From Sarea resinae (taxonomy: Eukaryota), in contig JAPEUD010000043.1 of the NCBI GenBank assembly GCA_026026165.1, positions 124,001 through 188,000 of the forward strand: 64,000 nucleotides of DNA, given 5' to 3'. Below are positions 35,166 through 47,297 of this stretch, one piece after another; the first letter of the stretch is position 1; the number at the start of each line of letters is the position of its first letter. The notes beneath the pieces were generated by a model, which saw only the letters and a program-made list of their open reading frames with translations, ran no database searches and was not told the DNA's origin. The position numbers were made by a program, and so were the translations under genes.

Positions 35166-37058
35166 CTTTGACGCTGCTGCTTCCTTCCCTCGTCACTTAC
35201 AGCTTTGCCTTTGGTGTTTGTTTGTTCCTCTTGTCTTTGGTGCTCATTCCTCTTGTCTTTGGTATCCGTTCATTCCTCTTGGGTTCCTCTTGGGTTCCTC
35301 TTCGGTCTCTGTTGGGTTAGTGTTTAGGTTGGTGTTTAGGTTCAAGCTTTATTTACGGTGTTTAGGGGCGTTCAGAGGGCAGAAACGACGGAAAGGCAAA
35401 ACGACGGAGAGGTAAAAAGGTAAAAAGGCAGGCAGGCAGGAAGGGAGAAATGGTGGCAGACAGTGTGGCAGGAAGGGTGGGTGAGTGGGTGTACAAAGAT
35501 AAGGTAGATAGTTAGAATAGATAGACTAGATAGATAAGAAGGATTTATGGGATGAATTCCAACCTCCAACCTCCAATGCCATACACAACCCATACACGAC
35601 TTCTCCCCACATATAAATAGAGAGATAGATTGACATACAAGCCAAACCAAACCAAGCTAAGTACCAGTAATTCGAACAATGAGAGCAAGATATTCGGAAT
35701 CGATTTTAATCAGCTCCAGATTCAGATGCAGATGCAGATTTAGATGACTATCCCAAGTTCCGTCCGTCCATCCGTCCATCCGTTCGTCCATTCGTCCGTC
35801 CATGGCCTATGCGTATCGAATGAAATCGAATCAAATCACGTCACGCCGAATTGTAGACCGAAGATGAAAACTTAAAAAATAGAAAAATGAATGGTGCCGT
35901 CACCGCGAGTATGTGTGAAAAGAGTGAGAGAAGGGGAAGGAGTGAGAGAGAGATGGATTCTATATAGAGCCTCTCCTATCCTAGCCTATGTCATCAGTGT
36001 CATATTAATCCCCATCGCACCATCTCTCTCTCTCCCTCTTATTGAGTGACCGACTTCCGATATCCCCCTATCCTATCCACTACTATCCTTTATACTATCC
36101 ACCAACCTGACTACCCCAACCTGACCTATTAACCACCACCGCGTCATCCCTTCCCCCCGTCGCCTCTTCCCTACTCTACCCTACCAGACTAGATCGACAA
36201 AAGAAACAAAGAAAAGAAAAAGAAAAGAAAGAAAAGCAAGAATGAATGGAGGAAGAGGAAGAAGGCTAAAGCCCGTATTTCAGGCAGACCTGTAACGGCC
36301 GGGACCTATCCGACCATCCATCCGACCGTCCGTCCGTCCAGCCGGGAAGGGCTGGTTTTGAAGTCCCAAGAAGAAAAGAAGAAGAAAAGAAAAAAAAGGG
36401 GCCGAAGTGAAAGAAATCGGGATTAGAAAGACGGGATTTTAGGCTTTTTGTCCTGGCCTTTCCTTGTTCCTGTGTCCTCCGTCTCAACCTAGCCGGGTTT
36501 GTTTGCCTTCCTGCCGATGCCTTGGTTCCTGCCTGGGTTCCTTTCCTTGAACCCTTATGTCCCTTTCCTTGAACCGTTTCCTGAAATCCTTCCAATCCAG
36601 CCCAAGTGAAGAGAGAGAGAAAATCGATTACTCAAGAACAGAAAATAAATTAAAAATAAGAAAAAGGAAGCAAACAAAAGGAATCGGGGTTCGCCAATTT
36701 GATAATAAGAGTTTTGATTTCCTGTTGTCGCTTGCTGATGCTGTTGATTTCATTGGTTTTGCTGTCTGTCTGTTTCTCTGTTTGTTGGTTTGTTTCATTT
36801 TGTTTGTGTTGCTTGTTTTGCCTGTGCCGTACTGCCCTGCTCGTCTGATCGTGGCTGTCGTAAATTTCATCGTGACTCGCTGTCTGCTTGTCGTGGATTC
36901 GTTATGGATTCGTTATTTGTAGCGAGTTGGCCAGCCTTCATCCGATCTCATAAGTTTCATCAATCTTATCCAGTCTCATCCAGCCATCAGTCTCATCAGT
37001 CTCGTCCCAACCTCGTCCAGTCTCAACCCCTATTCACCCACCACTTAATCAACTCAAT

Positions 37059-40000
37059 CTACTCCCACCGTTTCCACTCCTCAATGATCCGCATCATCTC
37101 CCTCTCCCGATCAGCCTCGTCTTCAACAACAGACTGCGACGCAGGCAGTGAGCGCCTCGAAGGCGATTCTCTCGAAGCCCTTGCCTCACTCCTGCCCACA
37201 GCAGCACGAGACATCAGACTCGCATACTGTGCCTGCAGCTTCATCTCCGCATTCTTCCGCCTGCGTGCCTCCGCGGCCAGGAAATCCAGATCTTCATCCC
37301 GGACCGCGTCTGCGAACACGCGGCGCATGCGTCGCGAATAGAGCTGGCAGCTGACCCCCTGATGCGCCAGGCCGACGGGCTCCAGGTTCCGACTGAAGAG
37401 CCCCGCGAGCGCGGAGCCGGATTCGATGGCCGGCACGACCACGTCGGCGTAGCATTCTTCACAGACGGTGAGGTCGGGCAATTGCGGGATGACGTGCCAG
37501 CCTTGGCCTAGCACGAGGTCGTCGCGGGAACATTGGCGCATCGCGGCCCGGTGGCGGACGAAGCGGGCGAGTTCGCGCATGTCGGGCGGACGGCGCATCG
37601 ATTGTGATTTGGAGGCTGTGGAGTCGAGCAGAGAGGCATAGGCTTGGAAGCGAGCCGGAGAGACGCGCATGGCGCAGATGCGGTCAGCGAATGGATTGGA
37701 GAGGTGCTGGGCCCGGGCGAATATGCCTCGTAAGGGCGGGAAGAGCACTTCGGTGCCACGGACGCAAAAGGGGCAGACGTCAAAGTTGGGCACTGGTGTG
37801 CCTGTGCTGTCAAGAAGATGGTACCAGGGGCGGACAGCGCCGGTGGGGCCGGGACAGGGTTGCTCCGTTGCGGAGATGCGTGAGATGGCCCTTATAAGGT
37901 CGAGGTGAGGCAGACGCTGTTTGAGGGTCAGAACCCATGCTAGACGCATCCAAGAAAGGCTAAAGTCGCATTTGGTTTCGCGGCCGGCGCGGGACGGGGA
38001 TGGCTTGAAGAAAGGTCGGAAAGGCGAGGAGTCGACGATGTCGTGAAGACAGGTCGGGCAGATGGAGAGTGTTGAACAGCCATCAAGGGTGTACCAGTCG
38101 TCATGTCGGCTTGATAGGGTCGAGCGAGGACACGGAGGAATCGAATCGAGCTGTGTCTTGACCGAGTGCGATGATTCCAGCCTGAGAGAATTCGCCAAGG
38201 AAGCTGCCAAAGGCTCGATCGGAGTCTGAGGTGTGCTCGATGGTGGCATGAGAGCTTGTTGGGAAGATGGTGCTGCATGACGATCTCCATCGAAAGCATA
38301 TGAAGCAGCTTTATGATACGTTGGCCGAGCAGAAGAGCCGGCGCCGCGGGTTTCAGGCTCCATTGCTGGCAGCGTCCGTTCGGGCGGAAGATACGGCTGC
38401 TCTACTGCCGGCCTTTGAAAATCGTCATCAGGATATGGAGGCGTCAGCCTTCGATCTGCTGCAAAAGGTGGCCGGAACTCATTGCGAGGCGGCGCCCTTG
38501 GCTTCACAACCTGTCCAAATTGCAATGGTGACGGGGACGGGGGTCTCGTGCTGTGGCTGCTAGGAGTTCGGTGGTGCTCAGGACCCGAATAACTGGCCTC
38601 GAGCCCTGGAGACCAAGATGAGCTAGAATGAATGCTTCCCTCTTGCGGTGAAGCCGCTGTAGGCCCGCCATATGAACTATGCCGAACAAAATGGGGACTG
38701 GGAGGTCCTAGCATCTCAACGGGTTTACTTGACTGGACGCCCGGCGACCTTGGAGGAGAAGGGATCGCCGTTGGAATTGGAGCAGGTATCTTCACCGTCT
38801 GTGACTGCGGCTTCCTTGCGGTCCTGAAAGTGGATGCATCGGCAGTGGAGTAGCGTGTCGGCGCCGGACGGGAAGCTGGCGGCACTTTGTACTTCAGATG
38901 CATCATGATTTCTGGCTCAGAGCTGCCGGAATATCTAGCGGACCGAGGTTGGGGTGGCGAATCAGTCCTTCGTCTTGCTTCCCTGTCACTCCCTTCTCGG
39001 TCGGATACGCTTCTTTCATGATCAGAGATACTTCTTTCGACTCTTTCGCGTCTTCTGTCCTCCGCCAGTGATATCGTCGATCCTTCTCGACTAATGTGAG
39101 GACGTTCCACCAGCGTGGATGAGTACCGGGATGATCTTCTTTTAGTCGATGAACTGTCTGATGAATCACCTGGCCCCAATTTGGATTTTTCATTGGACAC
39201 TTTACGATCCTCCCGTCGACCTGGATAGGCGTCCGGCTTGGGCTCGGCCTTTGGCACAGACTCGGCTGGAGACATGGTCAAAGAGGACATAAAGTAGCCA
39301 CCAGAGGAAGGACGTCTCTTGGTTGATGTATGAGGCTTGCTTGGATAAGTATATGCATATGGCGACGATTCCCTTGGTGTTAGAAGACTTGGATCATCTT
39401 GGGAGAAGTCGGTCTCCAACTTGGCTGGATTTTTTCTGCCACGACGAGCCCCATCTGGATTTTTCTCTTTCACCGTACGGACCGAGTCCCTTCTGGATGG
39501 ACCCTTTGCCATTTCGAAATAATCCCCGTCGTCCTTCTCGTCAGCTGTAGTTGACGATATATCAGACTGAAAGACCAATTGTCAGCGACAATATTGATCA
39601 ATTATATCCATCGACTTACTGAAGTGTCCGGATAGTGTCGGATCTTCTTAGAATCGTTTTGAACTTTGTTTTCACGCCGACCCTCTTTACTAATAGGAAG
39701 GCTTCTCCGCTCCCGTTGATCATCCGTCCACGAATGCTTTTGGTTGATCGATGCCCTAGCCGGCACCGATTTTGGTGTTGTGCCACGCTTAGCAGGGGTG
39801 GCTGCAGAGGAAACCACTTCGAGTATGATCGGCTGCTGATCGACAGCCCCACGTGTGGTACCTTCACCGCTCCTTTCATCGGCCGATTGTGAAACAGCCG
39901 TAGCGACCAATTCCTTGGCCAAAGCTTCCGGCTCGTCCTCGACCGATGGCGGTGGTGGCCATTGGCATCTTCGACGCCGAGAAGATCGTGAGTCTTTCGA

Positions 40001-40243
40001 GGGCTTTGGATCCTTTGCTCGTGAATGATGACCGGAATCGTGGTGTGGTCGAACGTCTTTAGCTGGGCTGGTCGCATGGCTTAGATGTGGCGGTATGGCG
40101 AAGACGCACAGAAGCGGGACTTACTTAGTGGTATTCGATCTTATCCCGAGCTTGCCTAACCAACTTGGAGGTCCAGCAGTGCGTTTGGATGAGTCTCGAT
40201 CGTCCACCGAAGACGACCGGCGGCGAGAGCGAACATCAGGCAT
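37059..40243 (-). CDS. Conserved fungal protein with Ser/Arg/Pro-rich N-terminal region and Cys-rich C-terminal domain; function unknown
   Basis: Predicted exons 40125-40243, about 39620-40067 and 37059-39566 (GTAAGT donors). PPPSVEDE and RGAVDQQPII blocks; C-terminal ICPTC, CDFSLSWMRLAW, VCPFC, VCEECY, SCQLYSRRMR. Confidence 0.75.
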
Positions 40244-41569
40244 GCCCCCGATATTTCCTCTCCACAATTCTTTGAGTTAGTTGAGAGATGAGAGATGAGA
40301 GATGAGAGATGAGATTTGGGCATGTAGAGGTCAAAGGTAGATAAAGAAGGGTTTCGAGACAATTGAAGAGCAAAAAGGAAGCGGCCATATCGACTCCGTA
40401 TGAAATCTCCTTCTCCTCACATGTCTTCCATGCATTTCAGGCCATCACTGTTCGGTCCAGATACATACCGTTACGTTGCGTGTCAGCAGTGAACCCCTGT
40501 AGCTCTCATGTACTGACGGCGGAAGGAATACTGAAAGTAGGAGACGAGCGTTTCCCGAAGCCGCATAGCAGGTGATGATGTCCGTGGCGTCGAGATGCAT
40601 ATGGCCGATGCATTTCGCATGCGTCGCCCATAGGTGCCCACAAAAAAGGTACGATGACCCCTCCATTGGATCGTTGACTTGCTGGGGCTTTCTTCACGAA
40701 TGAAAATGGAAGTACTCGTACTGTCCGTCAAATCAGAACCACGGTAAAGCGATAGTCAGTAACGGTATAGGCCGGCCATGTTCTCAATAGGATTGTCTCC
40801 ACCCAATTGTGCTTGGATCCATAATGGCATTCCTTGTGTAGCGCATCGTGGTGGCAACTCGCAACCAAACAATGCCATGCAATGCAAGCAAGCTGTCAGA
40901 ATGGCAGGCGGACAATCGATCCAGCACTCCTTCTTCTGACATGTTGAAATACTATCGACGGACGGCGCAGAAGTATTACAAGGTCAGAATTGTAGGTGCA
41001 GAAGATAGTACAATTCGTTGTACGGCACCGTTCAACGTGTTTTGTGGAGTACCGCATTGGATCCCGTTAGTGAAGACGCAGGAAAGTCTTGAAATGTCAG
41101 TCTGAACTTCGTTCTTTTTGAAATCGAATGCATTAGATATGGAGAATGAAACGACGTTTTCTCTGCTATGTCCGAAGTAGAAGATGCTGCGCAAGGCATT
41201 GTGCATTGAATCCCGTTATCCACACGTAGTTCAGCGAATGGGAGGCGGACAAAACAGAAAACATCGGGCTACGGTTTGTCCGTGACCTCTGTCTGGCATC
41301 GTGGATCGGTGCATTTCTGACAGCTGTTGGCAGCAAATGACTCGATGCGAATGTCGGAACCCCTTCACGATCCACTCATTTCGATGCACGCAATGAGGCG
41401 CCTTACCAGTTGGATTCCAACGGAGCAGCTCCCCGGCAGCCGCCATCCACCATAGACACCCATATTGTCTCTGCGCATAGACTATACCTGGGCACGTGCC
41501 CAATGGCCTTCGAAGTCGTTGATATTTTGGGTTGTAGAATGCTTCCTAAAATATACAGTCTGGTGCTTG

Positions 41570-42064
41570 CTAGTCCTTGACTAAAAACTCTTCAATGTCT
41601 TTGTCCGAATCCGCTTCGGCCTCCTCAGCTAGCCGTTTCTCTTCGGCGGCTAGAATGTTCTTAATCATCTGCCGTTGTCTCCGTCTAGCCTTCTTGCCCC
41701 AATCTGCACCGGTGCCCAAGGCCACTTCGTCGTCTTCGTCGTCGCTTTCTTGCAGCTGCACCTGGCCGCGCAGCGAGTTGGGTGACACGGCTGCGGCCGA
41801 GCTCATCTCATCGGGGTCGAGTTCGCGCTCGTGGTCCTTGGCTTGGAATCGGGCGCCCAATTTGATGAGGTAGGGCCGAAGTAGGCAGTAGGCACCGACG
41901 ATGATGACGAGGCGGAGATAGTCATGGATGGTCATCTTTTTCACAGTATACTGGACCTGATTCTGGAAATTCGACCTCCAGGTGCCGATGCTGCCCAGGA
42001 TGTTCTGGGGAGAGAATCTTTCCTTCATGGCATCGGGGCCGTAGGACTCCATGAAGGAATCCAT
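41570..42064 (-). CDS. PGA2: Pga2-like ER trafficking protein
   Basis: DYLRLVIIVGAYCLLRPYL transmembrane segment; WGKKARRRQR; acidic DSDKDIEEFL end. Confidence 0.8.
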   Translation of the reverse strand: MDSFMESYGPDAMKERFSPQNILGSIGTWRSNFQNQVQYTVKKMTIHDYLRLVIIVGAYCLLRPYLIKLGARFQAKDHERELDPDEMSSAAAVSPNSLRGQVQLQESDDEDDEVALGTGADWGKKARRRQRQMIKNILAAEEKRLAEEAEADSDKDIEEFLVKD

Positions 42065-42759
42065 GATTGAGGCTACATCTGTAAGCAAACTACGATAACC
42101 CGCAAGGCTCGTGGAAGTGGTACCTTGAGTGCGCAAACGCTCTGATGAGATGGAAGACGGATTCTGCCCTTTCGCGACTAGGCCCGGTCTAGGCTGTTGA
42201 TGCAGAGACAGAGGGCAACTCGATAGAAAGCCGTTGTCCAGGATTCAGCAGGTCGAGAAATCGGCGAGTCTTGTCGAAAGAGTGAAGAGACAGACTATCG
42301 CGCAAAAGAGTGAGCCCGTCAGAAGTATAACATCCAATGTGGAAGAAAAGGGCAGGAACAATGTCCATCTGCTAGCTAGAGATGTTCATTTCGACTTTTT
42401 TCCCCGACACTTCTCCCTCATCTCCCGCTTGACAGGACGGCCCAGAACCAAATTCGGCAATCTCCCAATCTCGGCCTCCTCCCCAAAGTTCAAAACGACT
42501 TAGCGCGTCGCCCACAACCACCACGCCAAAAGGCAGCAAAAATAATACCTCGGGCTACCTTACCTACCGACCTACTCGGAGTAGTTCTGTAGTACCATAG
42601 TAGTAATGTCCGTACCCTCACCACCATAATTCCAGCGCGTCGCGCGCGCGATACCATATCCATTTGATATCTACTGTAAAGGCGCCCTTGCACAACAACA
42701 CCAACGAGCCAACTGCAAACCCTGCCATCACCACGACCACACTTACCCACAGAACGAAA

Positions 42760-43332
42760 ATGTCAATGACACAAGAGGAAGAACAGCATGCCCTGGAGGA
42801 GGTTTGCAACCAACCCTGGGCCCCTTTACAAAGCCTTCCCCGCATTAACGAAGTCCACTATCGCAGCGTCTCAAAAGCGCCCTCTGGTATTCCCTCGGCA
42901 AGATCGTCGATGAGGAGTCCCTCAAGCTCAACGTGAACGCGACGCCACAATTCATCGGGGCCTTGATGGAAGTGGTGTGGGCGCAGATAGGTCCGTCCGC
43001 CGACCTGTCCCGCAAGATAAAGCATCTTCCGTGCTGATTGGGCCCGCTCTGGCAATGTAGAAAATATATCTCAAGACCTCTCGTCTTTCGCAAAGTGTGT
43101 TTCTCGTCTACAAATCTATCTCCTCACGCAACAATGATCAAATATTATCTGGTTGATTGGGTGCTAAGGTGTCTCTTGTGATAGACACGCGGGACGAACG
43201 ACCGTAAACACAGACGACGTCTTGCTGCTGGCTCGACGAAATGATGGGCTAGAAGGTATATTGCGGACTTTCATCCAGGAGCAGGCGGCAGAGAAGCGTC
43301 AGGCGAGGGAGAGGGAGAGGGGAAGAAGATGA
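42760..43332 (+). CDS. MHF1: CENP-S / MHF1 histone-fold protein (FANCM-MHF, kinetochore)
   Basis: Four exons (42760-42801, 42867-42990, 43061-43094, 43185-43332) splice to MSMTQEEEQHALEERLKSALWYSLGKIVDEESLKLNVNATPQFIGALMEVVWAQIENISQDLSSFAKHAGRTTVNTDDVLLLARRNDGLEGILRTF...; not in the ORF track. Confidence 0.9.
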
Positions 43333-43645
43333 GTGGTTGGCCATATTGTCGGGACTAGACCTGGAGTTGGAAATGGGGTGTTCTGGTGAGGGCCCAAAAG
43401 GCATTTTATGGGTGTGGCTTGTTGCAATATCATGCAGCGTGAACATAGCGGGGGCATCGTTGATTCATATTAGATTAATTGGGGCTGCTATAACAGCATG
43501 TGCACTACCTAAGGTGTCTGTTGTTCAATGGTATCATGTTGTACAGTTGCCCTCCTTCTCAACCGTGCACTTTTCTCCTTCATATGCAAAAAGCCAACAA
43601 AAGAAATTCGTGAAACGATTGATCTTGTGCTTAGTGATTGAAAGC

Positions 43646-44626
43646 TTAAAAGTTTCCAGTCTTGGTATCGCCGTAAGGGTTGTATGCCGGATTGGTCTCG
43701 TAAGTGGGAGCTGGAGTCGTATAGTAGCCATTGTGTTGCGGGATAGCAGGATCCTGCGCATACTTGTTCGTACCGTTACCATAGCCGCTGTCAGGTCCCG
43801 CAACCGTAGAGCCAGTATATCGAGTGTCGCTAGACTGCTTTTCTCCAGCAAGGACGCCAGCTCCGGCTGTAAGACCTGTTGTGCCTGACCCAATGGTTCC
43901 AAGCTCTGCATCGTTGGTGCCATATGCCTCGTTTGCCGGCTTCGGGCCACGCTTGGTTCGCCAGAACGTACGACGTCCGGTGCCAGACGTGTAATTGTTT
44001 GCTGGAGAAGGTCCGAAACGCTTTTCCTTCTGGTGATGTCTTGCGAGCGCGAGCTGTAGGAGAGCAGAGACGATGAAGAGGACACTGTAACAGTATTAAC
44101 ACCTGCAGAACTCCTACTTTTTCACAAACGGCTGGACTTATACTCACATGTTGATGATTGCAACGGCAAACACGGCCTTCTCCAATCTGCAGGTAAGCTT
44201 GTAATTCGGGTGCCAGTTGTTGATGTAGACGTTTCCATGGTTGTGGAAGAGAGCTCCTTTTCCGGGATTAGGTCCATATCCTAGAGGAGTATCCACGTAG
44301 CCGTGACAGCTGTCCGTTCCCTTGCGCGTCATGACAGCGATCGCGACGAAAGCGCCAACAAAGCAGACGTCAAGGACGATGCCGAGGAAAGCGAAGAAAG
44401 CCAGGCCGCCAAGGAAGCAGGTCAAGAGCATTGCGAAAATACCGTAGAGTGCGGCGGCTCCCGATAGACCTTCAGTGGCTTTAATCCATCGCGCAATAGG
44501 TGCGTTGTGGTCATGCAAGGCAGCCAGAAAGTAGGAGAAGATACCGAGGATTAGGATGGATGCGAGGAACTGGATGCACCGCAAGGTGGTCTGACCGACC
44601 TTGAGGGCGACTCCACCGAACGACAT
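43646..44626 (-). CDS. MARVEL-domain tetraspan membrane protein
   Basis: MSFGGVALKVGQTTLRCIQF... with four hydrophobic helices; one intron near 44086-44147; second exon VLFIVSALLQLALARHHQKEKRFGPSPANNYTSG...YGDTKTGNF*. Confidence 0.8.
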
Positions 44627-46008
44627 GGTGATAAGGTAGCTGGGCTCGTGGGAGCGGAAAGAAGATGACAGACAGTTGAGAGGATAAGAGTTGAGAGAAA
44701 GGTGGCAAGGAAGAGGAAAGAAAGATGAAGCTTCAAAGGACGAGACGATACGTCTAAAGAAGACTGCCTGCCAAGTGGAATATCCTTGGAAGAACTGGGT
44801 GATCCAAGCAAGGAATGAGAAAGTTTGGTTGCCAACGAGACCAAGGTAGACCAAACCAGAACGCCAAGGTACGACTTGTAGCTTGTTCTTATGAGTCGGT
44901 GAGCGTCACCAGAGAATGAGAAAATAAGAGGGAGAAGAGAGACTTTGATTCGCCCTCCACCACAAGGCTCTTCGCGATTGTCCCTGTCTGGTGGAGTGGT
45001 GGAGTGGTGGAGTGGTGGAGCAGTCCATTCATCATAGTGCATTCGATATCATCGAATGTAGCTATGTCGAGCAACAACGACAGTGGAGGTACGCAATGGG
45101 AGAGCAATGACGCAAGAAACACTGGACCTAGGTATCCAGTACCCGCTATATTGCGGGTCGAGTCGCACGATGCTCGGTACATCAGTACCTCTCATAGTCT
45201 TCCTTCTGTCCCGCCAAGCCGCCCTGACTGAGCACGGCGAAGACGAGGGCATCAGATCAAATACGGTAGGGCGTGTGTGGAGAGGAGGTCACAGCCCGCT
45301 GCTGAGGCAGTAGAGTACTCTGCCTCCAGGGGCTGTCTACCAAGTTTTACCGCAGTCAGTACGAGGACGACCTTGACGCTTTAGATCCATCCCTGCTCCT
45401 GTCCAACTTCTCGAGTTGTTCTCGTGATCCAATATGATGTAACATATCCCAGCCTCCAGTCTCCCCGTCTTCGAACATCTCAAACGCCTTCATAAGGTAT
45501 GTACGAAGTACAGAGTAGAGTACAACAGCATCGCAATCTCCATGATCGATTTAGCCTTCTCTGTCGAAAGATTGAAACAGCCCTGAGATGTGGAGGTTTC
45601 TGGTGGAGATTAGCCCGAGGGGCCCTCTCCTGCTAGCGACGGATGCCCTGTGCGCTTCTCCGCCATGCCGCTGTCGACTACCTCGAGCCGACTTACCTAA
45701 CTTTCTGCCTTAGCTCGCCGCTTCTGACCCCGGCCGCGTCAGCTTCCAAATGATCGCAGATCTGTAGCCCTATGTAGCTCACGCAAGAAAGATCTTGCCC
45801 TCCGAAAGAGACATTCTCATATTAGAGCGTCCTTGGATTGTTTACTTGTCTGAGTCGCAAAATATCCCTTGGCACATAGGCCAGCGAAGTCATCTTTGAT
45901 GAGAAATGTTCATTAATCTATTACTGCCGTCCCAAGAATTTCGCTCAGTAGAAAAGACGGCTTTTACGCAAAAGAATATCTTACACGCGCGCGCGCTCGA
46001 CCGGAATC

Positions 46009-47297
46009 CTACGGATGCACCTCGACCAGGATCTTGACGTGACTGCCCTTGTCGTTGACCAGAGTTTTGAACCCTTTCTCCTCGATCTCGTCCATCTTGA
46101 TCTTCCGCGTGATCATCATCTCGGGCTGGATCTTGCCTGAAGCGATGGCGTCGATGACATTCGCAAAGTCGCCTCGGACATATGTCGCGACTCCAAGATA
46201 TGTCCTCTCCTTGTAGACAAGATCGTTGGGGTTGATCTTGACAGGGTTCTTCCACACGGCAATATTCACGATCGTCCCTCTCGCCCTCGTAGCGTGGATA
46301 GCTACATCAAGCCCGGCTTGCGCACCGGCGGCGTCGAAGACGACGTGGACGCCACCACCCGGGGAGATCTCCCGACATTTCTCGACAATGTCATCGTGTC
46401 TTGGGTCGAAGACGTAATGTGCTCCAAATGACTTGGCGAATTCCTTCCGTGTCTCTGCGACCTCTGAGACAATGATCTTCTCGACGCCTCGTGCTTTGAG
46501 ACATTGAATCACAGCCAAACCGATCGGACCGCCGCCAAGTACTAAGACCGCGTCGCCGGGCTTGAGGGGGCTCATGTCGACCGCATGCCAGGCAACGGCC
46601 AGTGGCTCAACAAGTGCTGGGACGCCATGTTAGCTTTGAAAGCCTACTTATGGTCGGAGAAGAGACTTACCTCCAATTTCCAAAGACACCGAGTCTGGAA
46701 GCTTGAATATAGTATCGCGGGGAGCAACACAGTGATCGGACAAACCACCACCCCAACCTGGAATCGTCTTGTTAGCTATTTCATCCCTAGGACATCCTCG
46801 AGCTAACGTACCACTTAAGCCAATGAATCCATTGCTAAAACAGCAATTTATGTATCCGTCTTCGCAGGCACCGCACGTCTTGTCGTAGATGATCGGCTGG
46901 ACCACCACCCGATCTCCGATTTTGATATCCGTCACATTCTCGCCCACCTCCTCGATCGTCCCACTGAATTCGTGGCCGAGGGTCAGGGGAACCTTTTCGA
47001 GAGTGATAGGGTGAGGTGTCACGGGTATGAGATTGGGGCCGCCAGTGTATTCATGAAGGTCTTTGCAGCAGCAAGAGTTAGTATAGGGTACCGATTTAGG
47101 TCCTCATGATTACATACCAGTCCCGCAGATGCCGACGTAAGCTGGTCTAATCTGCCCGATGAATACCCGTCAGCGTTGGCTTCGATGTGCATCTCATCTT
47201 GGTTGCTGCGCACCTTGACTTGGTCTTTGCCACACACGGGCTCTGGTAGGTCTTCCAGCCGCAGGTCCTCCTTGCCGTAAAATCGAAGTGCTTTCAT
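46009..47297 (-). CDS. Zn-dependent medium-chain dehydrogenase, (R,R)-butanediol dehydrogenase-like
   Basis: Multi-exon. MKALRFYGKEDLR, GICGTDLHEY, LGHEFSG, VEPLAVAWHAV, Rossmann VLGGGPIG, KILV end. Confidence 0.9.
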
